Shown here: positions 38,347 to 46,833 of the stretch, one piece after another
How the letters are laid out: each line of letters starts with the position of its first letter
Numbering within the stretch: position 1 is the first letter of the stretch
NCBI GenBank assembly: GCA_049512075.1
Contig: JBEKXL010000004.1
Coordinates: 64,001 to 128,000, forward strand
From: Candidatus Bathyarchaeia archaeon
GTDB lineage: Archaea > Thermoproteota > Bathyarchaeia > Bathyarchaeales > Bathycorpusculaceae
DNA: 64,000 nucleotides
Direction: 5' to 3'
Program-made: the position numbers and the translations under genes
Notes under the pieces: generated by a model
The model's database searches: none
What the model saw: only the letters and a program-made list of their open reading frames with translations
Told to the model about the DNA's origin: nothing

Positions 38347-38574
38347 TCAGAAATACAAAGCTTCGAAACACGACTTGTGATAGTGCTTCACTGATTGATG
38401 ACCTAGAATGTTTGTGCAACGTGCGCAAGATTTTGAAACTATCACGTCGCCAACTTCCAAAGGCTTGCCACATTTCTGTGAGGCACACAGACGGTGCTTG
38501 AAGCGGTTAATGTTGTTAGGTTCAAGCGTGACTGTTCTTTCAGAATGTGCCGTTTCCTTCCATCTCCTTTCAAT
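38347..38574 (-). CDS. zinc-finger ORF without a canonical start (not in track)
   Basis: Open frame ...CASQKCGKPLEVGDVIVSKSCARC...KHYHKSCFEALYF*; ATT overlaps the upstream stop. Confidence 0.55.
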   Translation of the reverse strand: MERRWKETAHSERTVTLEPNNINRFKHRLCASQKCGKPLEVGDVIVSKSCARCTNILGHQSVKHYHKSCFEALYF

Positions 38575-41503
38575 GCTTCCTTCTATAGTCTATTATTGCG
38601 ATCAGCAACACGATCAGGATGACAATTATGAGGCCTCCAACAAGGTATTGAGGAGGCACAAGCTGCCGGGTGTTTTTCACCGTTATGTTGATTTGAGAGT
38701 AACTTGTCAAAATGTTTCCCCAGGGGTCGCTAGAGGTAATGGTTATCTGGCCTTGGTAAACTCCGTCCTTCACATCGGGTACGTTAATCGTTAAGGGTAT
38801 TGTTCCTGAACTGTTTGTGATTAGTGGAAGTTTCAAGGGCTGAACCCATGCGTTAATGGGCTGTGGAAAGTCTAAGCCTTCAATGACGAAAATGCTTTGG
38901 TTTGTGTAAGCTACGCTAGATGTGAAAGCGAAGGTGAAGTTAGCCATTACCCTGCTTGAAGGGTTAGAAGTGAAGTTAATATCGTTCACCTTGAGCGTTG
39001 AAACTATTGACGTGTAGCCGCCATCCGTTGTTGGTCCGGTCGGAGAACCTATGATTATTGGAATTGTGAAGCTGTCTTGACCGTTAATAGCGGAAACAGT
39101 CAAGGTTACAGGATAGACTCCCGCGGATTGGTAAGCGTGGGTGATTGTTGCCGTGTTGTTGTTTACGCCGGGTGTGCCGTCACCGAAATTCCAAAGATAA
39201 TTAGAGATTGTCGCGGTAGCATTAGACTGTTGAGCGTTGAAGGTTACGGTTTGGCCTGGACTCGGATTGAAAGGCGTGTAGGTGAATCGTGCATAGATGT
39301 AGTTGTTCCAGAAGTAAGCGGTAATGTTCACGCTGTCTATAAGCTGAGTTTGTTCTGAATTGCTATACCCTAATTCTTTTCCGATTTGGGTTAGGCCTGA
39401 TGTGCTGATGGTTGCTGAGATTAAAAAGCCTTTTTCTTTTCCTATTATGACGGTGCTGGACGGAGTTATAGTGTTGCTGGAAGTGTAGGCTTTCTCTATT
39501 CCGCTGGATTGTGTGCTTGAAATCTTTGGAGTTTCAAACAGAAAGTAAAAGAAGTTTAATCCTGCCGAATAAATTTGATTGACCGTATTTGTAAAACCTG
39601 AAATTATAATAGATTCTGAAGGCGAATAGTTTGTTTCAATTCCAGAAGTCGCGGTGAAGCTTGTGGTTATGATTCCTGAAGCTGTAAAACCTTTTTCAAT
39701 ACCTGAAGTTGAAGTGCTTGTTATGGTCACGGTGCTACTGGGAGAGTAGCCTATTTCTTTGGAAAAGCTAGAGCTGGAAGCTAAAGAGAGCGTGTTCGCG
39801 GGTGCAAACAGTCTTTCCAGTCCGCTAACAACCATTGAGGATAGGCTTAATGCTTCTGAAGATGTGAATCCTCTCTCGATGCCAGAACTTGAAAGACTCG
39901 AAACGGCTAGAGTGCCAGAAGGTGAAAAGGCTCTTTCTATTCCGCTGGAGATTATGGCTGAAATGGTTAGCTGATTCGAAAGTGAAAAAGCGTTTTCTGC
40001 CGCTTTGCTTGTGCTTCCTTGAACGGTTAAGGCTTCGTTTGGACTATAACTATACTGCGCTCCTCCTGCGCTTGCTTGCATGATGGCATCGGCAATTATA
40101 ATCCAATAAGCTGAACCACAAGTGAAATTAACTGCTGCGGCAGACTGAGTAGCTGAAACAACCTCATACTCTGTACCAATCTTGGCAGTGCATTGGATGG
40201 TTGTAAACCCAGCACCTACTGAAGGCACATTTGCGCTAGGACTTGCCATTCCAATTATGAAGTCATTAGCGTTAGAAGTTGTAATTGAAACTGTAGGATC
40301 AGCACTTAACCCACCACTTGCAGAAGGGTTGGCTCCCGCATTAGAATCGAAAATAGTTGTGGTATCAGCCCCGCTGATTCCGAATGCTACTCCCCTTTGA
40401 TATTCATTTGGTGTGCTAGTCATTGTGACGGTTACATTGATTCCACCATGACTTGCCCAAGTTGCATACCATTCCTCTATGACGTAGCGATAAGAATGGT
40501 ACATGACTATGGTTTTTCTTTGCGCCCAAGTAGAAGTCGAAACATTGGCGGATATGCTACTGACATTTACATAGAGATTATCATCAATCGCGACGGAAGA
40601 AACAATTAGCACATCATTATCTGTTGAAGTCGAGAAAACCAATGAGTATATAGTTGCGGTGAAATTGGTTTTTAATACGCTTCCGTCAAGAGCTGTAGGG
40701 TCTAGGTACACTGGAAAAACAGCACCGTCAATGAAGGCTTTAGGAATCCTTATGTTCACAATTAAAATGCCGTTGTTAGCCGTGACCGCGTAAACTCCGA
40801 GCGTCTTGTTTCCAGCACTATCCTCAATGTATGGTTGCGGAAGCCAATAGACCGTGTTGTTCTGAGCATCATTAAAGTCTACCGTGCCATTAGTCATGAA
40901 TTTCTGGTTAGTCGGATGAAGATAGCCAACACCGTTAGCATAAATCGTTAAGGAATTATTGAAGTAACAGTTAGCAACGTACTGGAGATAATCAGGTTTT
41001 ATGGAGCTTGAAGGCGCACTAACATTGTGAATTATCAAAGTTTCCTTTAGCTGGTCTTGAAAGGCTTGATACTGCAAGTCCGTGTTTATCCATGCTCCAG
41101 AATAGGTTAAGACGCTACTTCCTTCTGTAGTGTTGGCTTGAGTATTTTGAGGGTTCATTTCCTGAACCATGCCAATTATCGCGTCATAGCTGGAATTGTA
41201 CCAGTGCAGTTGGCTTGTGCTAATGTCCATGTCAAACGTGTAGCCTTGATATTGAAATCTCACGGCTTTCGAGCTTTTAGAATCATTCTTGAAGTACGCT
41301 TGATACGTTCCGTTTGCCATAAACGCATAACTCACATTGTCACTGTTAATTATGGGAATAAACGGTATGCTAGAACTTGCTTGACCGTCAATAGTTGCAG
41401 AAGCATGAACAGAAGGCACAAACTCGGAAACACTTAGGAAGCTAACAAGTAACAAAACCGTTATGAAGACTGTGAATGTTCGTTTTCTTTTCATTTTCTG
41501 CAC
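38570..41503 (-). CDS. large membrane-anchored surface/adhesin-like protein with 20-aa repeats and a PKD domain
   Basis: Signal peptide ending VHA; FPVYLDPT-ended N-domain; ~11 20-aa repeats; YLWNFGDG...HAY..AGVY.VTLTV; C-terminal TM followed by RRKH. Confidence 0.85.
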   Translation of the reverse strand: MQKMKRKRTFTVFITVLLLVSFLSVSEFVPSVHASATIDGQASSSIPFIPIINSDNVSYAFMANGTYQAYFKNDSKSSKAVRFQYQGYTFDMDISTSQLHWYNSSYDAIIGMVQEMNPQNTQANTTEGSSVLTYSGAWINTDLQYQAFQDQLKETLIIHNVSAPSSSIKPDYLQYVANCYFNNSLTIYANGVGYLHPTNQKFMTNGTVDFNDAQNNTVYWLPQPYIEDSAGNKTLGVYAVTANNGILIVNIRIPKAFIDGAVFPVYLDPTALDGSVLKTNFTATIYSLVFSTSTDNDVLIVSSVAIDDNLYVNVSSISANVSTSTWAQRKTIVMYHSYRYVIEEWYATWASHGGINVTVTMTSTPNEYQRGVAFGISGADTTTIFDSNAGANPSASGGLSADPTVSITTSNANDFIIGMASPSANVPSVGAGFTTIQCTAKIGTEYEVVSATQSAAAVNFTCGSAYWIIIADAIMQASAGGAQYSYSPNEALTVQGSTSKAAENAFSLSNQLTISAIISSGIERAFSPSGTLAVSSLSSSGIERGFTSSEALSLSSMVVSGLERLFAPANTLSLASSSSFSKEIGYSPSSTVTITSTSTSGIEKGFTASGIITTSFTATSGIETNYSPSESIIISGFTNTVNQIYSAGLNFFYFLFETPKISSTQSSGIEKAYTSSNTITPSSTVIIGKEKGFLISATISTSGLTQIGKELGYSNSEQTQLIDSVNITAYFWNNYIYARFTYTPFNPSPGQTVTFNAQQSNATATISNYLWNFGDGTPGVNNNTATITHAYQSAGVYPVTLTVSAINGQDSFTIPIIIGSPTGPTTDGGYTSIVSTLKVNDINFTSNPSSRVMANFTFAFTSSVAYTNQSIFVIEGLDFPQPINAWVQPLKLPLITNSSGTIPLTINVPDVKDGVYQGQITITSSDPWGNILTSYSQINITVKNTRQLVPPQYLVGGLIIVILIVLLIAIIDYRRKH
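39320..40057 (-). repeat. 20-aa tandem protein repeats
   Basis: ERAFSPSGTLAVSSLSSSGI / ERGFTSSEALSLSSMVVSGL / EIGYSPSSTVTITSTSTSGI and others; limits approximate. Confidence 0.8.
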
Positions 41504-41742
41504 TTCTCCATCATTTCTCGGTACTTGTGTTTTGCGAAATATCCAATGTAAACGATTGTTGGAAAAACCAGGGCAAATTCAACGGAGATTATGACCATGT
41601 TAGGTTCAACACCGTAGAAATAGCCTAAGAAGAATATGCTTGTGATCACAACTATTCCGAGAGCTGAAAAGACGATTATCAGCGACATGCCTATTGCATG
41701 GACTAAAACTTTCTTCCAGTCTAACGGACGAAGATTTTTCAT
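41491..41742 (-). CDS. small two-TM membrane protein
   Basis: Two hydrophobic segments; overlaps the next gene. Confidence 0.7.
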   Translation of the reverse strand: MKNLRPLDWKKVLVHAIGMSLIIVFSALGIVVITSIFFLGYFYGVEPNMVIISVEFALVFPTIVYIGYFAKHKYREMMEKCRK

Positions 41743-41744
41743 TT

Positions 41745-41942
41745 CTATATTTCTCCCAAAGCATCAAAATTGCCCTTGATAAGCGTCAGGTTGCCGTTTG
41801 AAAAAAGAACCATAATGCAAGATTCACCCATTGGACTATCTAGGAAGCCACAGAGAACACCGCTGACCCTGTAGTCTTCGATAACGACTTGAACCTGACG
41901 ATTTTTGAAAAGACAAACCAAATCGCTGTTCATGTTTTTCAT
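41745..41942 (-). CDS. putative Sm/LSm-fold protein
   Basis: KNRQVQVVI..YRVSGVLCGF.D....MVL...GNLTLIKG resembles Sm1/Sm2 motifs; 65 aa. Confidence 0.5.
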   Translation of the reverse strand: MKNMNSDLVCLFKNRQVQVVIEDYRVSGVLCGFLDSPMGESCIMVLFSNGNLTLIKGNFDALGEI

Positions 41943-42061
41943 TCCTCAGAAGGTAGTTTAGAGTGTTTCTTATTCCCGATTCTGGAAAGCTCTCCACGAG
42001 TTAGAAGGCCGACTACGAAGCTGAGGAAGGCTATCACGAGAACGTATGTATCTTCAATCAT
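41939..42061 (-). CDS. 40-aa single-TM peptide MIEDTYVLVIAFLSFVVGLLTRGELSRIGNKKHSKLPSEE
   Basis: Translated by hand; ATGA overlaps at both ends. Confidence 0.6.
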   Translation of the reverse strand: MIEDTYVLVIAFLSFVVGLLTRGELSRIGNKKHSKLPSEE

Positions 42062-42270
42062 CTGTGTGGACCTCTCTTTTTGGAAAGCATCATCATTGAA
42101 ACGATTAAGCCGAAGCTTATGCAGACTAAACCAAATGCAAAGCTTTCATGGTGAAGAAACTGGCTCCAATCCCACCAGTTGTTCCAAACCAAGTATTGTT
42201 GAAACATGACAAAGAAGGCTACTGTAACAAGAAGAACAGCAAGAAACTTCACGTTGCTTTGCTTGGTCAT
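42058..42270 (-). CDS. small two-TM membrane protein
   Basis: Two hydrophobic segments with a Trp-rich loop. Confidence 0.7.
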   Translation of the reverse strand: MTKQSNVKFLAVLLVTVAFFVMFQQYLVWNNWWDWSQFLHHESFAFGLVCISFGLIVSMMMLSKKRGPHR

Positions 42271-42536
42271 TGGTTGAGACTTCTCCCACTTTTGTTTCGA
42301 GTCTGAAGGATCCTAAGGAAGACGAATGCACCTATCGTGAAGCAGAACATGAAGGCTAGTAGCTGAAAGTTACCAACTAGAAAAGACATGAAATCTTTCA
42401 AACTTTGAGGAATTATATGTAAGCTGTCTCCAATTATGTAGAACAGTCCATAAACAAGGCCTGCTAAGGCTATTTTTGATATTACGCTTGCCCAGATTTT
42501 CGATTGAACACTTTTCTTAGGCATTCTATATACCAA
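42267..42536 (-). CDS. small two-TM membrane protein
   Basis: Two hydrophobic segments, basic termini. Confidence 0.7.
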   Translation of the reverse strand: MVYRMPKKSVQSKIWASVISKIALAGLVYGLFYIIGDSLHIIPQSLKDFMSFLVGNFQLLAFMFCFTIGAFVFLRILQTRNKSGRSLNQ

Positions 42537-42599
42537 GCCTACTTTTGTTGTTCATTCTCGGACAAGCATTGCATTTGAAAAGCCTTTCATTCAATCGCC

Positions 42600-43316
42600 T
42601 CAAGTCGGTACTGTCACGTAGGAGACAGCTAGACTCGTGAAACTGTATGGACTCGCATAATAGAATATCCAAGCCGGGCTACCAGTTGTTGCTGTCCGGA
42701 CGGCAGACGTGCCGTCTGGAAAGACGATGGTCATCGTTATCGCGCTGAAGGCCACAGCCCAGTAATATTTAGTATTAGGCGTCCATCCTGCATAGAGGGT
42801 CTGAAGTGCCGCTGAAGTCATTGGAAACGATGCTAGGCAAAATTGCAACCCGCTCGTTAAAGATGATGGTCCAGAAAGCGTAAGTGGTGTTGTAGAGTTT
42901 TTGTATAGAAAAACGGACGTGTTTGGAATGCTTGAACCCGCAACAATTGTGCCGACAATAGAATAGTATGACGTTGAAATTGAGTATGAGGATATTGGAC
43001 CAGTGAAGGTTGCGGTAAGGTAAAAGTTGAATTGAACGTTTGAGACGGTTTTGTTAGCGTCTGCAGGATCCACGATCAAGAGAGGGTTGAACATAGTGAT
43101 TGTTGAAAGGTCAAACGTGCGCTTTGTTCCGTCTGAGTAGGACACCACGCCTTGCACGTCTGAGTTAAGACCCAGTCTTGATGTACTCGGTTTAGAAGCG
43201 AACATTCCCCGGTTCACCGCATACGCAAAGAATAGCATTCCTGCAAAGGCAAAAAAGACAATGATGTTTCGCGTGGTGTGTGACACGTTTGTTTTTGTTC
43301 CTCTATTTGGATTCAT
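42600..43316 (-). CDS. N-terminally anchored Ser/Thr-rich beta protein
   Basis: One N-terminal TM, then charge-poor S/T/Y-rich sequence. Confidence 0.75.
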   Translation of the reverse strand: MNPNRGTKTNVSHTTRNIIVFFAFAGMLFFAYAVNRGMFASKPSTSRLGLNSDVQGVVSYSDGTKRTFDLSTITMFNPLLIVDPADANKTVSNVQFNFYLTATFTGPISSYSISTSYYSIVGTIVAGSSIPNTSVFLYKNSTTPLTLSGPSSLTSGLQFCLASFPMTSAALQTLYAGWTPNTKYYWAVAFSAITMTIVFPDGTSAVRTATTGSPAWIFYYASPYSFTSLAVSYVTVPT

Positions 43317-43318
43317 GG

Positions 43319-43423
43319 CTACACCTTTTGTTCATTCAGAGAAAGTTCCTGTTTCTTTTTGGCCTTCTGATCTCTCCAATATTGTCGCACTGCAGGATGT
43401 GAGCGACCCCACAGTTTAGCCAT
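43319..43423 (-). CDS. 34-aa basic peptide MAKLWGRSHPAVRQYWRDQKAKKKQELSLNEQKV
   Basis: Translated by hand; ends 2 bp before the next start. Confidence 0.45.
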   Translation of the reverse strand: MAKLWGRSHPAVRQYWRDQKAKKKQELSLNEQKV

Positions 43424-43707
43424 TATTTCTCACATGATTGCTCGTGATATGTTGGTGACGGTAATAGTGAGCAGTAATACCGTTCATCACCAACATCACT
43501 ATAGCCAGGTCCACTTATAAGACTTTCCAAGACTCTAGGAAAAAAGAGTCACCATCACGAGTGGCATAGTTTGAACGAAAAAGCCTAGGTATTCCGTTGA
43601 AAAAGTCAAACATAACTGAAGCACATTCGAGCATATTGTCGTAAAGCTTAAGATATACTTTTATAGGTCGCTGATGTATCGTTGCGGAAAAGGTTTGAAT
43701 GGCATGA

Positions 43708-43830
43708 ATGGTGAAAAAGAGAACAGTGCGTTCCAAAGCTTCAAGTCTGAATGCACTAGAAAAAGACGAAAAAGAAAACTTGCGAGATTGGCTACTCGAT
43801 ATAGACCTGCTCAAATGGGATAATCATTAA
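43708..43830 (+). CDS. 40-aa hypothetical peptide
   Basis: Translated by hand MVKKRTVRSKASSLNALEKDEKENLRDWLLDIDLLKWDNH. Confidence 0.3.
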   Translation: MVKKRTVRSKASSLNALEKDEKENLRDWLLDIDLLKWDNH

Positions 43831-43887
43831 GGTTTTTCAGTGAAAAAGTGCTAAGTCTTGAACATGGAACAGAAAAAAAGGAAAGGA

Positions 43888-44328
43888 TTAGGATTTCTCT
43901 TTTTTATGCTTCACGATTAATTGAACGTTGGTTGTGTATATTGGGATTCCGCGCTCATCATGTTTACTAGTGCGTGCTGCTGAAACCAGAATACCTTTTA
44001 TTGATAACAGGATTTTTTCTGATGGTAACTCATACTCATTCCAGTGATCCGTGAGTTGAGTGAATTTCAAATCATCGGCTTCTATGAAGTTCTCTGGTTT
44101 TTCATCAGATTTCAATGGTAGCGATGGGATTCCCATATATTTCTCGTTTGGTCTAACGCTGAATACAGGCGAATGTGAAAATGTGAATTTTTCATCAGCC
44201 TCTTTGATTACCGCAGCTAGGACCACTTTCACTCTCAAAACTGTTCCATCCTCAAGTTTATATTCATTCCAAGGCTCTTTTGCAACCTTGAACTCAAGAA
44301 AGTTTATCCTCCCAGTCTGTAGCGTCAC
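43888..44328 (-). CDS. hypothetical protein with an internally duplicated WNEY-x-L domain
   Basis: EPWNEYKLEDGTVLRVK and DHWNEYELPSEKILLSIK; GTG 44328 after GAGGT. Confidence 0.7.
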   Translation of the reverse strand: MTLQTGRINFLEFKVAKEPWNEYKLEDGTVLRVKVVLAAVIKEADEKFTFSHSPVFSVRPNEKYMGIPSLPLKSDEKPENFIEADDLKFTQLTDHWNEYELPSEKILLSIKGILVSAARTSKHDERGIPIYTTNVQLIVKHKKEKS

Positions 44329-44333
44329 TTTGT

Positions 44334-44885
44334 TTACCTCAGTTTTGTATATTTGGTCCCGCTTGTTGATGAAGCATATTTGTCTTTCAAATTTGAGCGT
44401 GCGCGCCCTGTTATAGAGCAGGTTGGAGCGGTCACAGGAATAGACACCTTTACACCACTCTCCAAGTATAAGGTTTTGCAAGGTTCAACATGGCGTTGAA
44501 ATGTCTCATAAGTTTTGGCCATTGTTTCTTCTCTTACCGCTTTTTCGAATGGCACTTCAGGAATCAGCAACATGATTAAGCCATTGAGAAAACGTTCACC
44601 AAGCTTCGTGATAGAATAGTATGAGTATTCTTTGTTTCCTAGTTTATGTTCAAAATAGTGGTCAATCAGACCAGAAGAATACAGTTTCTTCAAATGATAG
44701 TTTAGGGTTAACTTGTCAAGTCCTAGTCGCTCTTTAATCGTTGAAAATGAAAGTTTTTCAGTTTGTTCCAGTAATACGAGAATAGCCTGCCGTATAGAGT
44801 TGTCTAGAGATGAAATTATCAGTCGAGTTTCTTCCGGAAGTTCTTTTGCATATTGCTCATAGAGCACTTGCTCACATTTTTTCAC
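44334..44885 (-). CDS. ArsR-like winged-HTH regulator
   Basis: LDNSIRQAIL, LSFSTIK, TLNYHLKKLYSSGLI, YSITKLG. Confidence 0.85.
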   Translation of the reverse strand: MKKCEQVLYEQYAKELPEETRLIISSLDNSIRQAILVLLEQTEKLSFSTIKERLGLDKLTLNYHLKKLYSSGLIDHYFEHKLGNKEYSYYSITKLGERFLNGLIMLLIPEVPFEKAVREETMAKTYETFQRHVEPCKTLYLESGVKVSIPVTAPTCSITGRARSNLKDKYASSTSGTKYTKLR

Positions 44886-45014
44886 CGTATTTGCCTCCTA
44901 ATGGTTGTAGTAGTGAGGTATAATTCAATTTATACCTAGTCTTAATAAGACTTGTTGAGTCTATATAAAGATTCAGGAATAATCTTCTAGTAGAATGTTC
45001 AAGGGAATTCATTA

Positions 45015-45515
45015 ATGTCGTTTGCACAATATCGAGAAATGCAGGGAAGGCTGCAAATTCTCATTCTAGGTCCCTACGCACCAAAGCGTGCGTTAGAAAG
45101 GCTGGAAATCCTTCAAAAATGCCTGATTGGAAAAGGTTTTTCCCAGACAAGTCTGGTCAAAGACTTCAGCGACAAAGAGACTTACAGCCAAGATCCTGAT
45201 GAACACTTCACACTTAAGAGCCAAAAACTCATCAAGGAATGGGCACATGTTCCAATCTTCATTTTCTTAAAAGATGCTGATAACCAAGGGGTTACTATCG
45301 AGCTTACTTACACATGTGTGACTTTGACTGACAAGCAATCTTGTTGCGCAACCTTTTTTGAAGGTGATTGGGAGAATTTCAGTCGGCTGATGAGAGGTCA
45401 GGTGAAACTTACAAAGAGGGTGAGTTTTAGCGATTTTGACAACGACGCAGATCTCTGTGACTTGGCTGGAGGCCACGCTTTGAAAATACTCGATAGATTG
45501 TACTACTTCCTCTAG
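45015..45515 (+). CDS. nucleoside 2-deoxyribosyltransferase-like / flavodoxin-fold cargo protein
   Basis: ILILGPY...IFIF....NQGVTIEL pattern. Confidence 0.45.
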   Translation: MSFAQYREMQGRLQILILGPYAPKRALERLEILQKCLIGKGFSQTSLVKDFSDKETYSQDPDEHFTLKSQKLIKEWAHVPIFIFLKDADNQGVTIELTYTCVTLTDKQSCCATFFEGDWENFSRLMRGQVKLTKRVSFSDFDNDADLCDLAGGHALKILDRLYYFL

Positions 45516-45610
45516 TTGAATCGAACTACTCTTCTCATTCGAATCTAATCTAGCGACTTTCACATTTCTTTGAACATGCGACAGAGAAAAAAAGGGAGAT
45601 AGAGGTTTTC

Positions 45611-45814
45611 TTAAAACCTTTCGTCCTTGAGTATCTCACGGAAAACAGGCCCTAACTCGTTCCACTTTATGACCTCTTCGCCGGTGGTTGCTTCCAAGTC
45701 TGACCTTATCGCGTCCACGATGTTGTATTCAAGGAAGGGAATTGGGTCCAGGCCGTAGTGGGTAGGTGTGTTTCTCAGAAATTCCATAAGGATCCTTGGA
45801 ACCTTCAACGTCAC
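45611..45814 (-). CDS. small RHH-like protein
   Basis: VTLKVPRILMEFL; T-rich tract downstream. Confidence 0.5.
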   Translation of the reverse strand: MTLKVPRILMEFLRNTPTHYGLDPIPFLEYNIVDAIRSDLEATTGEEVIKWNELGPVFREILKDERF

Positions 45815-45865
45815 CGTTTCATACTCGATGGGCTGTCGGACATTTTCTTTTGATGCTTTCGTGTT

Positions 45866-46444
45866 CTATTTCTCCTCTTCGTCTGGATTATAGCCATGTG
45901 TCCTTTCATTGAACCGTTCAAGCCAATCGGAAGGGTTCAGGCCATGCGTTCCAGCGAACTTTTCAAGATCACCGTTCAAGCTTTGCACCCTGGCATAGAT
46001 GGCTTTCATGCAGAAAGTTTCTACGTCGTCCTTGCAACCGAAGAACCGCAGGTACTCTTTAATGAAGTCTAGGAAGGGACTGATCACGGTTATTTTGAGC
46101 TGCACCATTTCACCCATTAGGTCATGTTTCCAGTTTGGATGATTCTTTCGCCAGAGCTGCTGACTGTTGAAAACCGTTGCTTTTTCTGTCCCGGACCCAG
46201 TGACGATCTCGATGAAGTCTCCTGCATCGAGCCAACTTCTTAGTTTCGCATATTGTTCAGCGTTCAAGGGGACCTCTAGGAAAGGCTCGTTCTGTTCAGG
46301 CTGATCAAACGTGGTCGCAGACTTGAAAAGAAACGCAACGTATTCCTCGACAGTCATGTTCTTGTTGTCTGCAAGCTCTTTCAGAGCCTTGTAGGTTGCG
46401 CCTTCTACACAGATTTTCTTAGTGGCTTCTGTTTCAGTTTCCAT
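45866..46444 (-). CDS. multi-RHH-like hypothetical protein
   Basis: ICVEGATYKALKELADNKNMTVEEYVAFL; start set at ATG 46444. Confidence 0.6.
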   Translation of the reverse strand: METETEATKKICVEGATYKALKELADNKNMTVEEYVAFLFKSATTFDQPEQNEPFLEVPLNAEQYAKLRSWLDAGDFIEIVTGSGTEKATVFNSQQLWRKNHPNWKHDLMGEMVQLKITVISPFLDFIKEYLRFFGCKDDVETFCMKAIYARVQSLNGDLEKFAGTHGLNPSDWLERFNERTHGYNPDEEEK

Positions 46445-46706
46445 GCTTTGAATCCTCCACCTTTGCCGGTTCTTCTTTTTGCTCTGACCAGAATATGCCA
46501 AGCTTCTTTTTGACCTCTTCATCATACCTTTTGGCTGCGATGCAATAGGCGTCTTCTATACGGCTGTGCAGAATGTCGAACAGTTTGGGAGCTGGAATGG
46601 GGTGGGGTATGGCTTGGGCCTCGCCTTCTAATAGACTCGCGCAGTCAAGGAAGCCTCGCAAGTAGTCAAGCTCTTTCTCTTGAAGTGTGTCTTCAGCGTC
46701 TTTCAT
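46434..46706 (-). CDS. hypothetical protein
   Basis: Starts at the conserved AAGGAGAAAAGAGAAAATG. Confidence 0.65.
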   Translation of the reverse strand: MKDAEDTLQEKELDYLRGFLDCASLLEGEAQAIPHPIPAPKLFDILHSRIEDAYCIAAKRYDEEVKKKLGIFWSEQKEEPAKVEDSKHGN

Positions 46707-46821
46707 TTTCTCTTTTCTCCTTTTGTGTGAAAGCTAGTATATCTGACCAAGTATATAAGTTAAATCCACAGTTTAATAATTGGTTTGTAACTGGGTTTAG
46801 TATTGTTCGCGGTCCGAACAA
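46702..46821 (-). promoter_or_regulatory. conserved promoter/operator/RBS module shared with E1
   Basis: TTGTTCG-N5-CGAACAA 46803-46821, AACCAATTATTAA 46773-46785, RBS block 46702-46722. Confidence 0.7.
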
Positions 46822-46833
46822 GAATAAGCAAAG

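Noticed and set aside
38345-38488. N-terminal extension of the recombinase ORF in the track
   Set aside because: Overlaps a more protein-like zinc-finger frame.
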